Source: Promethearchaeota archaeon
Lineage (GTDB): Archaea; Asgardarchaeota; Lokiarchaeia; Sigyniarchaeales; SOKP01
Direction of reading: 5' to 3'
NCBI GenBank assembly: GCA_016839705.1
Contig: JAEOTR010000053.1
Location: 1 to 64,000, forward strand
DNA length: 64,000 nt
Part shown: in pieces, positions 21,101-30,421 of the stretch
Layout: each line of letters opens with the position of its first letter
How positions within the stretch are numbered: the first letter of the stretch is position 1
Translations under genes and position numbers: made by a program
Notes under the pieces: model-generated
Told to the model about the DNA's origin: nothing
The model's input: the letters and a program-made list of their open reading frames with translations, nothing else
Databases searched by the model: none

Positions 21101-21418
21101 ATGAAAATTACCGAAAGAACAGCTTTAAAAACAGTGGTAAAGTTTGCTAAAAAAGAATACCGCGAAAAAGGACCATTATCTGGAAGAGTATTAAGAGTAA
21201 AGGATTTAAAAAAGGTTTCTATTGGCGGTCCACTCCCTCAGCGAGCTGTGAGAGAATCATATACTCATCATTTTGTGGTACTATTAGATTATGGACAAGA
21301 TTATAGGATATATTATTTTACTAAGGAAGGAGTATTAATCAATGGGGAAACGGTCGAGAAAAAATCAGACAAAATTTCAATATTAAAACAATCTACCAAG
21401 CTAGAATATAAACTCTAA
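21101..21418 (+). CDS. Hypothetical basic protein
   Basis: 105-aa ORF with protein-like composition, followed by a T-run. Confidence 0.7.
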   Translation: MKITERTALKTVVKFAKKEYREKGPLSGRVLRVKDLKKVSIGGPLPQRAVRESYTHHFVVLLDYGQDYRIYYFTKEGVLINGETVEKKSDKISILKQSTKLEYKL

Positions 21419-22380
21419 CTAATTCATTAATCCCTTTTTTTATTTTAGAAGAAATTTTTGTGTAACTATTCAAGTAACCAAGTATGATTACTTGTAGAGG
21501 AGACGGGTATACGAGTTCATACCTTATAATCATTTTCTTGGTGAGTCGGTAAATGAACCGTATTCAAATTATTCACTCATAATATCTTAGCAAAAATTTA
21601 TGTATTTAATTTTTTTACTATTTTACCGTAGAATATCTTAAGAAACACTTACGAAAAGAAAGGAGCATTCAAAAAGTGTTTGAAAGGCTAAAGGAAGATA
21701 ATTTTAAATAAGATGTCATAAATCATACGATAAAATCGTAAAAAATGAGCAGTTATCGGGATATAAGAAAAAAAAAAAAGAAATTACAAAATGCAGTTCC
21801 TAATAAAAAAGAATTAGAAGAACTATGGACAAGCAGAAATGAAATAGAAGCATTAATGAAGAATGAATCGATCGAATGGAAGAATTATAACGACAGTCAA
21901 GTTTTACACTATAAGAAATGTTAAAAGAACCAAAAGAATAAATGAATTTATCAGATGTATAGTTCTAAGGATAAAGATTATATTAAATATGTTGATTTTG
22001 TTGAGGATTTTTTCATTAAGGAATTCGAAACCTCGATCCTCATCGCTATATCTTCCATATTTAAAGCTAAGAAGTTTTTGTATATCCTCTTTAAAGTCAT
22101 TTAAATTATCTGCTTCGGTTTGATCCAATACAATTTCTAATAGTTCTGTCCAAGTAAAGAGGTCAAGATATCTCTCTCGGGATAAATATGTTATTGTGGG
22201 TATAAATCCACTTTTCAACTTATATATGAGCTCTTCTTTTAATCTAACTTATGCATATTTGTCTCCCATACTCAATTTCATTCGAAATGCTAAAAGGAAT
22301 TATATTAAAGTTTCTATGAAAATATAAATTCATTGTAAAATATTGAATATTATTTATTCACCATAAAAGGGAAAGTTTCT

Positions 22381-23688
22381 ATGTCAAGAAGAGATATTGC
22401 ATGGTATGAAAATGATATGTTTAAGAGTTTGTATATTAAAGCTGGGAGTAATGCTTTTAGGGGTTACCATTCACCTATTATAAGCCCAAAAACTACTTTC
22501 GTTGGAACTAATAGTTTAAACGATTTTATTAATCATATTTCTGCTTATTTGTCTGATGATGAAAGACGTGTATTAATAGTCGTTGATAAAGACTTGCGTA
22601 AGCTAGGAGAAAGGGTTGCTAAAAGAATGGATCAAAGAGGTATTAATAGCAGATTTTATGATAATGTTCTTCCTGATGCGCCCAAAAATACAATACTTGA
22701 GGGTGCGAAAATTTGTGAAGAATATGATCCTAAAATAATTCTAGCCGTAGGAGGAGGATCTGCCATGGATACTGCGAAGTTAATTCTATTATTTTATGAA
22801 AAACCAGAGATTAATATCAATAACATGAGTGCACCCTATTATGCGGGTCTTCGGAAAAAAGTCAAAATTCTAGCAGCAATACCCACAACTTCTGGTACAG
22901 GTGCAGAAACCACATTCATTGCGGTTGTAACAGACACAGATCGGGATCCACCGAAAAAAACGGAAGTTGTGCTCTATGAATTTTGCCCAGATTTTGTAGT
23001 CCTTCACCCTGATTTTGTAAAAACAATGCCACCAGGTTTAACTATGGGTACTGGGATGGATGCTCTTGCTCACGCAATGGGATCATACATGCTTACAATG
23101 AGTACTTTGTTTACAGATATGCATAATCTGAAAGCTATTGAAATCATTTTAGATTATTTACCACGTTCTGTAAAAAGAGGAAATGATATGGAAGCTCGTG
23201 AAAAAATGCAGATGGCGGCATATATCGCAGGAATAGGTTTTGGAAATATTTCTGGAGGTATAGAACATTCTTTAGGACACTCATTTGGAGCACTATTTCA
23301 TGTTCATCATGGTATCTGTGTGGGAGTATTTTTATCTGCTTCTATTGCTTTTCAAGCTAAAGTTACCAACCGATTTTATGAGCTTGCAAAACTGTTTAAA
23401 ATCGATGTAGAAAACCGTCTTAGAGATGAGATTCTAAAGGATTTATTAGCGGAGTTAAGAAAGTTTATGAGTAACATAAACTGTCCTTTATCTATTTCTG
23501 AAATTGAAAGCCCTAAAGTCTCAAAAGAGGAATATATAGCACAATTAGATCAGATGGTGGATTTTGCGTTCAACGATTACTGTACTCTCTCCTCTACTCG
23601 AAAGATCAGTGAATTACAATATAGGAAGATATTAGAAATTGCGTATGAAAATAAATTAGAAGATTTAATGAATTTATTTTATTCTTAG
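22381..23688 (+). CDS. Iron-containing alcohol dehydrogenase
   Basis: AVGGGSAMDTAK, IPTTSGTGAE, DALAHA, HSLGH...HHG metal ligands. Confidence 0.93.
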   Translation: MSRRDIAWYENDMFKSLYIKAGSNAFRGYHSPIISPKTTFVGTNSLNDFINHISAYLSDDERRVLIVVDKDLRKLGERVAKRMDQRGINSRFYDNVLPDAPKNTILEGAKICEEYDPKIILAVGGGSAMDTAKLILLFYEKPEININNMSAPYYAGLRKKVKILAAIPTTSGTGAETTFIAVVTDTDRDPPKKTEVVLYEFCPDFVVLHPDFVKTMPPGLTMGTGMDALAHAMGSYMLTMSTLFTDMHNLKAIEIILDYLPRSVKRGNDMEAREKMQMAAYIAGIGFGNISGGIEHSLGHSFGALFHVHHGICVGVFLSASIAFQAKVTNRFYELAKLFKIDVENRLRDEILKDLLAELRKFMSNINCPLSISEIESPKVSKEEYIAQLDQMVDFAFNDYCTLSSTRKISELQYRKILEIAYENKLEDLMNLFYS

Positions 23689-23700
23689 GAGGAAATAAAA

Positions 23701-25575
23701 ATGGAAAAATTAAATGGTTATAACGGCAAAATTGCGTATATTGATTTAGATTCATTGAAGGTAGAAGTAAAGGATCTTGACCTTAAACTTGCCGAAGCTT
23801 ATCTGGGTGGAGCAGGACTTTCAGCAAAACTTACTTTTGATTTGCTTTCTGATACTGATTATCAAACCTTACAAAAAGACCCTTTTTCAAGTATAAATCC
23901 CTTGATTTTTACTACAGGCCCATTAACAGGAACTATGACACCTTCTAGTAGCAGATATTGTGTTACAGGGATTTCACCTCTTACGGGGATATGGGGTGAA
24001 TCAACCTCAGGAGGATTTTTTCCTATTGCGCTAAAGAGAAGTGGTTATGATGCAATTGTTATTACGGGTAATGCGGAAAAACCTAAGTTTATTGCGATTA
24101 ATGATGGCACAATAAAAATTAAGGATGCTGATTCCCTATGGGGAAAAAATACCCGAGACACAATTACTTCCGTTAGAGCACTTTTAAACGATGAGAAATT
24201 TAGGGTAGCTTGTATTGGGAAGGCAGGTGAAAATTTGGTAAAATATGCGGGGATAATTAATGATGAAGGAAGAGCAGCAGGGCGGTGCGGATTAGGGGCA
24301 GTAATGGGAAAAAAGAAACTAAAAGCAATAGCTATTAAAGGGAATCAAGCGATTGAATATTTTGATAGTGAAGAATTAAGAATTCAAGGTAAAGATACGT
24401 TGGAAAAAATATTAATACCGTTTGCTACAAACTTATTTGCTCATTATGGAACTTTAATATATACTGATATGGGCATGGTTATAGGAGATGTTCCAGCAAA
24501 ATATTTTACAAGTAGTGAATTTGTCGCAGAAAACTTAACGGGACGAGCTCTAAAAGAGCAATATGTTGTATTAAAATATGCATGTGCAGGCTGTTCTATT
24601 GGATGTGGCAGAACAACACTCTTTGAGATGGAGGGCAAGGAGATAGAAGTTGATGGACCGGAATATGAAACCGCTGCCGCATTTGGGCCAATGTGTGGCA
24701 TCTTAGATTTTAAACCAATAATAAAAGCAAATCACATTTGTAATCTTGATGGTGTAGATACAATTTCTTGTGGGGTATCCATATCCTTTTTAATCTACCT
24801 AGTTGAAAATAATATTGGTATAAAAGAGATTAAAAAATATATAGCTCCTATTAAGTTAGAAGATATTCGCTGGGGGAATGAGGTAACTGTATTATCATTA
24901 CTGGATCTAATCATTAAACGAGAAGGGATTGGGGCTATTTTAGCGGAAGGGGTAAAAGCAATGGCCGAAAGGTTTGGAGTTGATCCTGAATTAGCAGCAC
25001 ATGTTAAAGGTTTGGAAATACCGATGCATGATCCGCGCGCTTATTTAGGACAGGCTCTTTCTTATATGACAAGTTGTACCGGAGCTAACCATAATAAAGG
25101 TGATTTCTATAATATTGATGGAGATGCTGCTTCATATACAAAAATCAGAAAGAAAGATAGATTTACTGTTAATAAAAGAGAGAATGCAATTATAGCATAT
25201 CAAGATTTAACAAATATATACGATTCAGCGGTTATCTGCAATTTTACACATATTAATGATATTGCATTAACAAGGTTACTAAAAGCAGCTACGGGGATTC
25301 AATCCTTTGGGAGTAGCGGAACTTTGTTTGAAATTGGAGAACGGGCTTCAAATTTGAAAAGATTAATCTCATGCAAACTCGGTTGTAAGCGAGAAGATGA
25401 TTATCTACCACAAATAGTATCAAAAGCTCTAAAATCAGGTGGTAGCGCAGGAATTACTGTGGATTTAGAAGAAAACTTGAAAGTTTATTATAAAAAGCGA
25501 GGTTGGGATTGGGATACGGGTTTCCCTTCAGAAGAAACCTTAGAAAAACTTGATATTATAAAATCAAATAGTTAA
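23701..25575 (+). CDS. aor: Tungsten aldehyde:ferredoxin oxidoreductase
   Basis: SPLTG..GESTSGG, AAGRCGLGAVMG.KKLKAI, CxxCxxxC, GPEYET, HDPR. Confidence 0.93.
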   Translation: MEKLNGYNGKIAYIDLDSLKVEVKDLDLKLAEAYLGGAGLSAKLTFDLLSDTDYQTLQKDPFSSINPLIFTTGPLTGTMTPSSSRYCVTGISPLTGIWGESTSGGFFPIALKRSGYDAIVITGNAEKPKFIAINDGTIKIKDADSLWGKNTRDTITSVRALLNDEKFRVACIGKAGENLVKYAGIINDEGRAAGRCGLGAVMGKKKLKAIAIKGNQAIEYFDSEELRIQGKDTLEKILIPFATNLFAHYGTLIYTDMGMVIGDVPAKYFTSSEFVAENLTGRALKEQYVVLKYACAGCSIGCGRTTLFEMEGKEIEVDGPEYETAAAFGPMCGILDFKPIIKANHICNLDGVDTISCGVSISFLIYLVENNIGIKEIKKYIAPIKLEDIRWGNEVTVLSLLDLIIKREGIGAILAEGVKAMAERFGVDPELAAHVKGLEIPMHDPRAYLGQALSYMTSCTGANHNKGDFYNIDGDAASYTKIRKKDRFTVNKRENAIIAYQDLTNIYDSAVICNFTHINDIALTRLLKAATGIQSFGSSGTLFEIGERASNLKRLISCKLGCKREDDYLPQIVSKALKSGGSAGITVDLEENLKVYYKKRGWDWDTGFPSEETLEKLDIIKSNS

Positions 25576-25709
25576 AGCAGTAAGTAACGTGAAAAAGCTT
25601 CTAATTTTCTAATACTCTTTTTTAATTTAGTATTGTTTAAAGTTAAATATATAAAATATTTCTAACTTAGTAATAGAAACTATATGAAATTAAAGTATTT
25701 GATCTTCAA

Positions 25710-26156
25710 TTGAAGGAACTTTACGAGTTAGGTTTTGTCTTTCGAGGATTTGTCCTTGTGAGTTATGATTTTAAAAGTTTACCTGATAAGAAAGAACTTG
25801 GTGTCAATAAAGATCTTAGGGGTGCTTTTATCTCTGCTATAAATGCTTTTGCTGATACCGCGTTCAATAAAAGCTCAATTGAGTATCTAGAATCTGGAAA
25901 TATATTATTTATCTTTAAAATGGCTGAGATTCAATCAAGCGATAATGATTTTAAAGAATCATTAATTTTATATGGTTTAGTTGATAAATCAAAGAAGAAA
26001 TCCGATAAACTTGTTAGGAAATTCTTTGAAAGAATAGATCCAATATTTCAATTGTTTCTTCAAAAATTTAGCGGAGCTAATTTTACTGAATTAAATCAAT
26101 TTGAAAATTTTGAAAAGATTGTAGGAGAATTCTTCATTAAAAAAACAGATGATTGA
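25710..26156 (+). CDS. Stand-alone longin-domain-like protein
   Basis: beta-beta-alpha-beta3-alpha-alpha pattern; DLRGAFISAINAFA helix, IEYLESGNILFIF hairpin, F...F...FENFEKIV end. Confidence 0.65.
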   Translation: MKELYELGFVFRGFVLVSYDFKSLPDKKELGVNKDLRGAFISAINAFADTAFNKSSIEYLESGNILFIFKMAEIQSSDNDFKESLILYGLVDKSKKKSDKLVRKFFERIDPIFQLFLQKFSGANFTELNQFENFEKIVGEFFIKKTDD

Positions 26157-27848
26157 TTATTTTACTAAACTCCATCCTTTTGGCTTAGTTCGAGAATAAG
26201 TAATTATCCCTTGTTCTCTTAAAGAATCAATTTCTTTTTCGATGCTACTTTTATCGAATCCTTTTACGATAATATCGTTAATGAATTGGGGTTTAGTAGC
26301 AATTACTCCTTGATCACTTAAATGTTGGATAATCACATCTTTTAACGATTCACCAGTACTGACTTTTTCGGTTGGTGTTTCCTTCTCTACTGGAACTTTC
26401 TGTTCTGTAGGTTTCACTTTTTCAGGTTCACTGCTGAGGGCTACTCTTAATTTTTCTTTATCTGTTTTGATTGGTTCTTCTATCACCATATGTTTAACTG
26501 ACACTTTCTGTTCTTCAACAGGTACTTCAACTTCCTCTTTTCCTTCTATTTCCTCACCTGGTAGGCTCCAAACAGGATAAACAATTTTTTCATACAATAT
26601 TGATTTCTGAGTGCTCATTATGTCCAATTCATTGGAGATATCTTCTTGATTATATCCTAAATCTGTTAGTTCCTTTACTAAGTCTTTCATATATCCTTTC
26701 TCATTAAGAATTTTGAAGATATGTTCCCTTATATTAGTGGGAACCTCTTTTATATCGGTTAAGTCCTCAATAGCTAAATCCTTCTTCCTTTCACTTATTT
26801 CTGGTTCATCAATCATTTGAGGAATGTTAAGAATTTTTTTTTGACCCCATTCAAAATCAGTTACATTCCTAATAGTACGGTCGTACCCTCCGAACACTAT
26901 ATGTTTTAAATCTGGTTCATTGCCTGTTAGATAACACACATGCTTAATCGATGTAGGGATTTTTGTTTTCCATTTTAATTCGATATCTTTTGAATTCAAT
27001 TCAGGATTATGAAATACCTTCAATGAACCATCGGCACACCCCGTAATAATTTCCAGTGCTTTATCTCCATCTATATCTGCAATTAACACAGAAATCGGAC
27101 GTCCCTCTTCAACTTTAATTTCCTTTACATGCTCTCCCTCGCTATTAAGAATTTTTATTGTGGAATCATCGGTGCCTAATATAATTTCATTCAATCCATC
27201 ATTAGTCACGTCACCAACCTGTATTGTATTGATCTGTGATGAAAAATTTCTATTCCACAAAATTTCAGGAAAGTTATTTTTAATATGAATTAATTGTAAT
27301 ACGCCACTTTTTGTGCCAACTAGTAATCCATAAAGTGATTTTTTCTCATTTGGTAATTTTATAATTCCTAAGGCACATGCCGTAACCCAAGAATCAAAGT
27401 AGAAAATAAATTTTGGCTCCTTTGCTTCAATACTGTCAAAAATCTTGATTGTTTTATCCTCACTGCCAATTATTAACTCGATATTCCCATCCCTCGTTAA
27501 ATCCCCTGCGATGCAACAAATAACTTTTTTAGTAGATTTATATCTCATTAATCCAACGAGTTTTTTCTTTTCTGCATTTAATTTTAACACCATGAAGTTG
27601 CCATCACCAGCACCAACTAATATCTCATCACAACCATCTCCATCTAGATCAATCGGATAACTGCATCGACACCATCCATCGAATACTCTATCATCAATAA
27701 TATTCATTTCTTCATCCATTAAATATAATGTCTTATCATGACCGCCAAAAGCTAAGAAATTTTTATCTTTACATTTCATAACTGAACATGTAAGAACCGC
27801 ATCTGGGCATTCAAAAGTCCAATTCAGTTGATACCGTTTTCTTATCAT
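26157..27848 (-). CDS. FG-GAP-type beta-propeller (BBS2/ITFG2-like) with two C-terminal winged-helix-like domains
   Basis: Repeats DLDGDGCDEILVG, GDLTRDGNIELIIGSED, GDVTNDGLNEIILG, ADIDGDKALEIITG; no signal peptide; two related C-terminal modules ending in WSL. Confidence 0.75.
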   Translation of the reverse strand: MIRKRYQLNWTFECPDAVLTCSVMKCKDKNFLAFGGHDKTLYLMDEEMNIIDDRVFDGWCRCSYPIDLDGDGCDEILVGAGDGNFMVLKLNAEKKKLVGLMRYKSTKKVICCIAGDLTRDGNIELIIGSEDKTIKIFDSIEAKEPKFIFYFDSWVTACALGIIKLPNEKKSLYGLLVGTKSGVLQLIHIKNNFPEILWNRNFSSQINTIQVGDVTNDGLNEIILGTDDSTIKILNSEGEHVKEIKVEEGRPISVLIADIDGDKALEIITGCADGSLKVFHNPELNSKDIELKWKTKIPTSIKHVCYLTGNEPDLKHIVFGGYDRTIRNVTDFEWGQKKILNIPQMIDEPEISERKKDLAIEDLTDIKEVPTNIREHIFKILNEKGYMKDLVKELTDLGYNQEDISNELDIMSTQKSILYEKIVYPVWSLPGEEIEGKEEVEVPVEEQKVSVKHMVIEEPIKTDKEKLRVALSSEPEKVKPTEQKVPVEKETPTEKVSTGESLKDVIIQHLSDQGVIATKPQFINDIIVKGFDKSSIEKEIDSLREQGIITYSRTKPKGWSLVK

Positions 27849-28002
27849 AATTTCTAAAAAGATCCTTCAGATTATGGAATCTTTTGATAATACTTAAAAT
27901 TAACTTTTCTGTTTACTCTAATTATAATTAGCTCAGAATTATTAAAGGATTAGTGTAATATAACTAAAAAAAATAAAAAAGTTAAAAAGAATAGTATTAA
28001 AA

Positions 28003-30150
28003 TTATAATGCTAATTGAGCATCTGATGGACTATATTCACCGGTACCATTAATTTCATATGAGATTTCTAAATTCTCTCCAATATCTAGTACATCAATTT
28101 CCCATCTCAAGGTATCTTGCCCTACTTCATCAGTTATTTCTGGTTTCATTGAATAAGAACCATATTCAAATTGATCTGGAACCTTATCAAGAAGGACCAT
28201 CGTATGCAATTTAGATTCACCAATATTTTCAAGAGTCAAAATAATTCTATAATTACCGAGTTCACCAATTGGAACAACTTCTTTACTTGTACGGAATTTC
28301 CTTCTGATATGAAGAGCTTCAATAATAGGAACTTCAGGTTTGAATTCTAATTCTTGACTAACAGGATATGTATTTGCGTGGTAAACTATTTCTGATTCAA
28401 ACGTGGAATCTCGAGCCGGATTTACACAGTGAATAGGATACTGGAATTCTAAAGTTGAATCTGGTTTAAACATACCTGTGCTAGTATCTTTAAGATTTTT
28501 CAATAAGATGGTAAAAACATCCCCGTCAAGATTGACCGCATCAGAAGAAAGCTCGACTTCATCACCATCCCAAATTAATTTTATTTCGCTTGCACTAGGT
28601 GGTTTATATTCTTCAGTGAAAGATTGTTGTATCACAGTAATTTCGTTTAATGGAGCAGAACCATTATTTGCCATTTTGAGAGTAGCCATAACATCTTGAG
28701 CTTTATAGGTGGGAGTTTCAACCTTATCATATCCCATATCTCCAGTTATACTTGCTATTTCTAATATAACATCTGAGATTGCAACTGCAACAGTCACTTG
28801 ATATTGATAATCAGGAACAACTCGAAATTCAAGTTTCTTCCTAAATGTTGGATAGTCTTCACTTTCATACTGCCATTTAACTGAATGCCACTGAGCTCCT
28901 GATGGTAACATTGGAACATCATTGGGATCAATATCAACGAATTTTGTCCCCTCATCATCAGGAGAGTATACATCAGCATTAAAAAGCTGAATCACGAATT
29001 CAGAAGAGTTATCAAAAATTAATTTATTATCCCAAATGTTTGGTTCTTCGTCTCTTTCAAGAGTATCAATATAAAATTTATTTCGAGTATATGCGTCAAA
29101 TTTATCAATAGCTAAACCTTCGGCAAAAGAAGAAGCTGCTTTATAGGTAACGTCAATAGTACCAGTTCTTCTTCTAGCGATGTCATTTACCATAATATTA
29201 CATGTGAATTTAAGTACAACAGTATAATCTGGTCTTAATTTCTCTATTTTCCAAACAATTTTATCTCCTTCAATTTCTGCTCTTCCTTCTGTTGTATCTC
29301 GTACCACAGGATTTGTAAAATCATCTGGTATGGTTTTGATTACTTCAATATCAGATATAGGTTTATCAAATGTATTTCTTAACGCAATGGCGAATGTAAT
29401 AGTATTTTCTCTATCAATTGAAATGCCAAAGGTCTCTAAACCTGTTTCAACAGCAGTTCCACCATCTTCCCATTTTTCTCCGTCTTCATTTTCTTCTTCA
29501 TCGTCATCTTCTTCTGTAGTTGGTGGTATGGTTACTACAGCTTTTTTAGTTACTTTACCTGTTTTATTTTTAATTTTTAGCAATTCTCTTTCAATATCAT
29601 TGATATTTAAAACGTCATCAGCTTTAGAGAGAGAACTGATAAATTCTTTAACCAAAAAAAGATTTTGGACATCTTTTTTTAATTCAAATTCTTTGGTTTC
29701 TACGTTATCTGGGTACTCCGTACCTAATTCCCTTATTGATATATCTTTCGATTTCAAATTTGTACTAGCAATATTATTGAGTGAAACGTCAATGTCCCAA
29801 AGACGATCTGATTTACTAGGATTTTCTATACTAATTTTTCCTCCAAAGCTAAAAGATTTAACATTAGCGTCATGATCTTGTTTTACTTCGACATCCTCAA
29901 TTATCTTTACTAATGCCAATAACCCTTCTCGGTTACGATCTTTCAATAGTATACTGCCTTCTAGTTGTCCTGTATCTTCGTCATATGTCTCAATAACTGG
30001 TGTAGCAGTGTCTCTATCTACTAGCTTTACTTTTCCGTCATCCATGTCTGTTCTTTTTAACCCTTCTGCTACTAGTTCTTCACCTGCTTCAGATTTATCC
30101 CATCCCATACGTGATGGTTTCTTTTCCTTTTTCTTATCCTTTTTTCCCAT
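28003..30150 (-). CDS. Cytoplasmic beta-sandwich protein with mu-homology-domain-like region and extra Ig-like domains
   Basis: Three ordered blocks resemble adaptin mu / delta-COP C-terminal domain (see findings); acidic insert; no signal peptide or TM. Confidence 0.6.
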   Translation of the reverse strand: MGKKDKKKEKKPSRMGWDKSEAGEELVAEGLKRTDMDDGKVKLVDRDTATPVIETYDEDTGQLEGSILLKDRNREGLLALVKIIEDVEVKQDHDANVKSFSFGGKISIENPSKSDRLWDIDVSLNNIASTNLKSKDISIRELGTEYPDNVETKEFELKKDVQNLFLVKEFISSLSKADDVLNINDIERELLKIKNKTGKVTKKAVVTIPPTTEEDDDEEENEDGEKWEDGGTAVETGLETFGISIDRENTITFAIALRNTFDKPISDIEVIKTIPDDFTNPVVRDTTEGRAEIEGDKIVWKIEKLRPDYTVVLKFTCNIMVNDIARRRTGTIDVTYKAASSFAEGLAIDKFDAYTRNKFYIDTLERDEEPNIWDNKLIFDNSSEFVIQLFNADVYSPDDEGTKFVDIDPNDVPMLPSGAQWHSVKWQYESEDYPTFRKKLEFRVVPDYQYQVTVAVAISDVILEIASITGDMGYDKVETPTYKAQDVMATLKMANNGSAPLNEITVIQQSFTEEYKPPSASEIKLIWDGDEVELSSDAVNLDGDVFTILLKNLKDTSTGMFKPDSTLEFQYPIHCVNPARDSTFESEIVYHANTYPVSQELEFKPEVPIIEALHIRRKFRTSKEVVPIGELGNYRIILTLENIGESKLHTMVLLDKVPDQFEYGSYSMKPEITDEVGQDTLRWEIDVLDIGENLEISYEINGTGEYSPSDAQLAL

Positions 30151-30421
30151 TTTTCCTTACCAGTTTTTAATTTTTTTTTAGATTGAAAATTTATTTAAGA
30201 GTTAATAAAAGTTAACCCAATAACATAAAATCTACTGCACTCTTTAAAAAATTTTTCATACTAAAGAAATAGGATATTAATCAAAACTCAGTGAGGTATA
30301 TTGTTATAGAAATTTGAGTATTTTTTACCATTTCAATTTGATTTCTTAGTAATAAAATACGTGTCTATATATTTATGACCACACTTTGAACACACATTAT
30401 TTATCATTTTTGTGTAAACTA

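Noticed and set aside
21863-22218. Overlapping opposite-strand ORFs (86 and 104 aa)
   Set aside because: No recognisable motif; the minus ORF may be a remnant but cannot be supported.
29330-29875. 181-aa antisense ORF and similar shadow ORFs in the track
   Set aside because: They lie opposite or inside well-supported genes and show mirror-codon composition.
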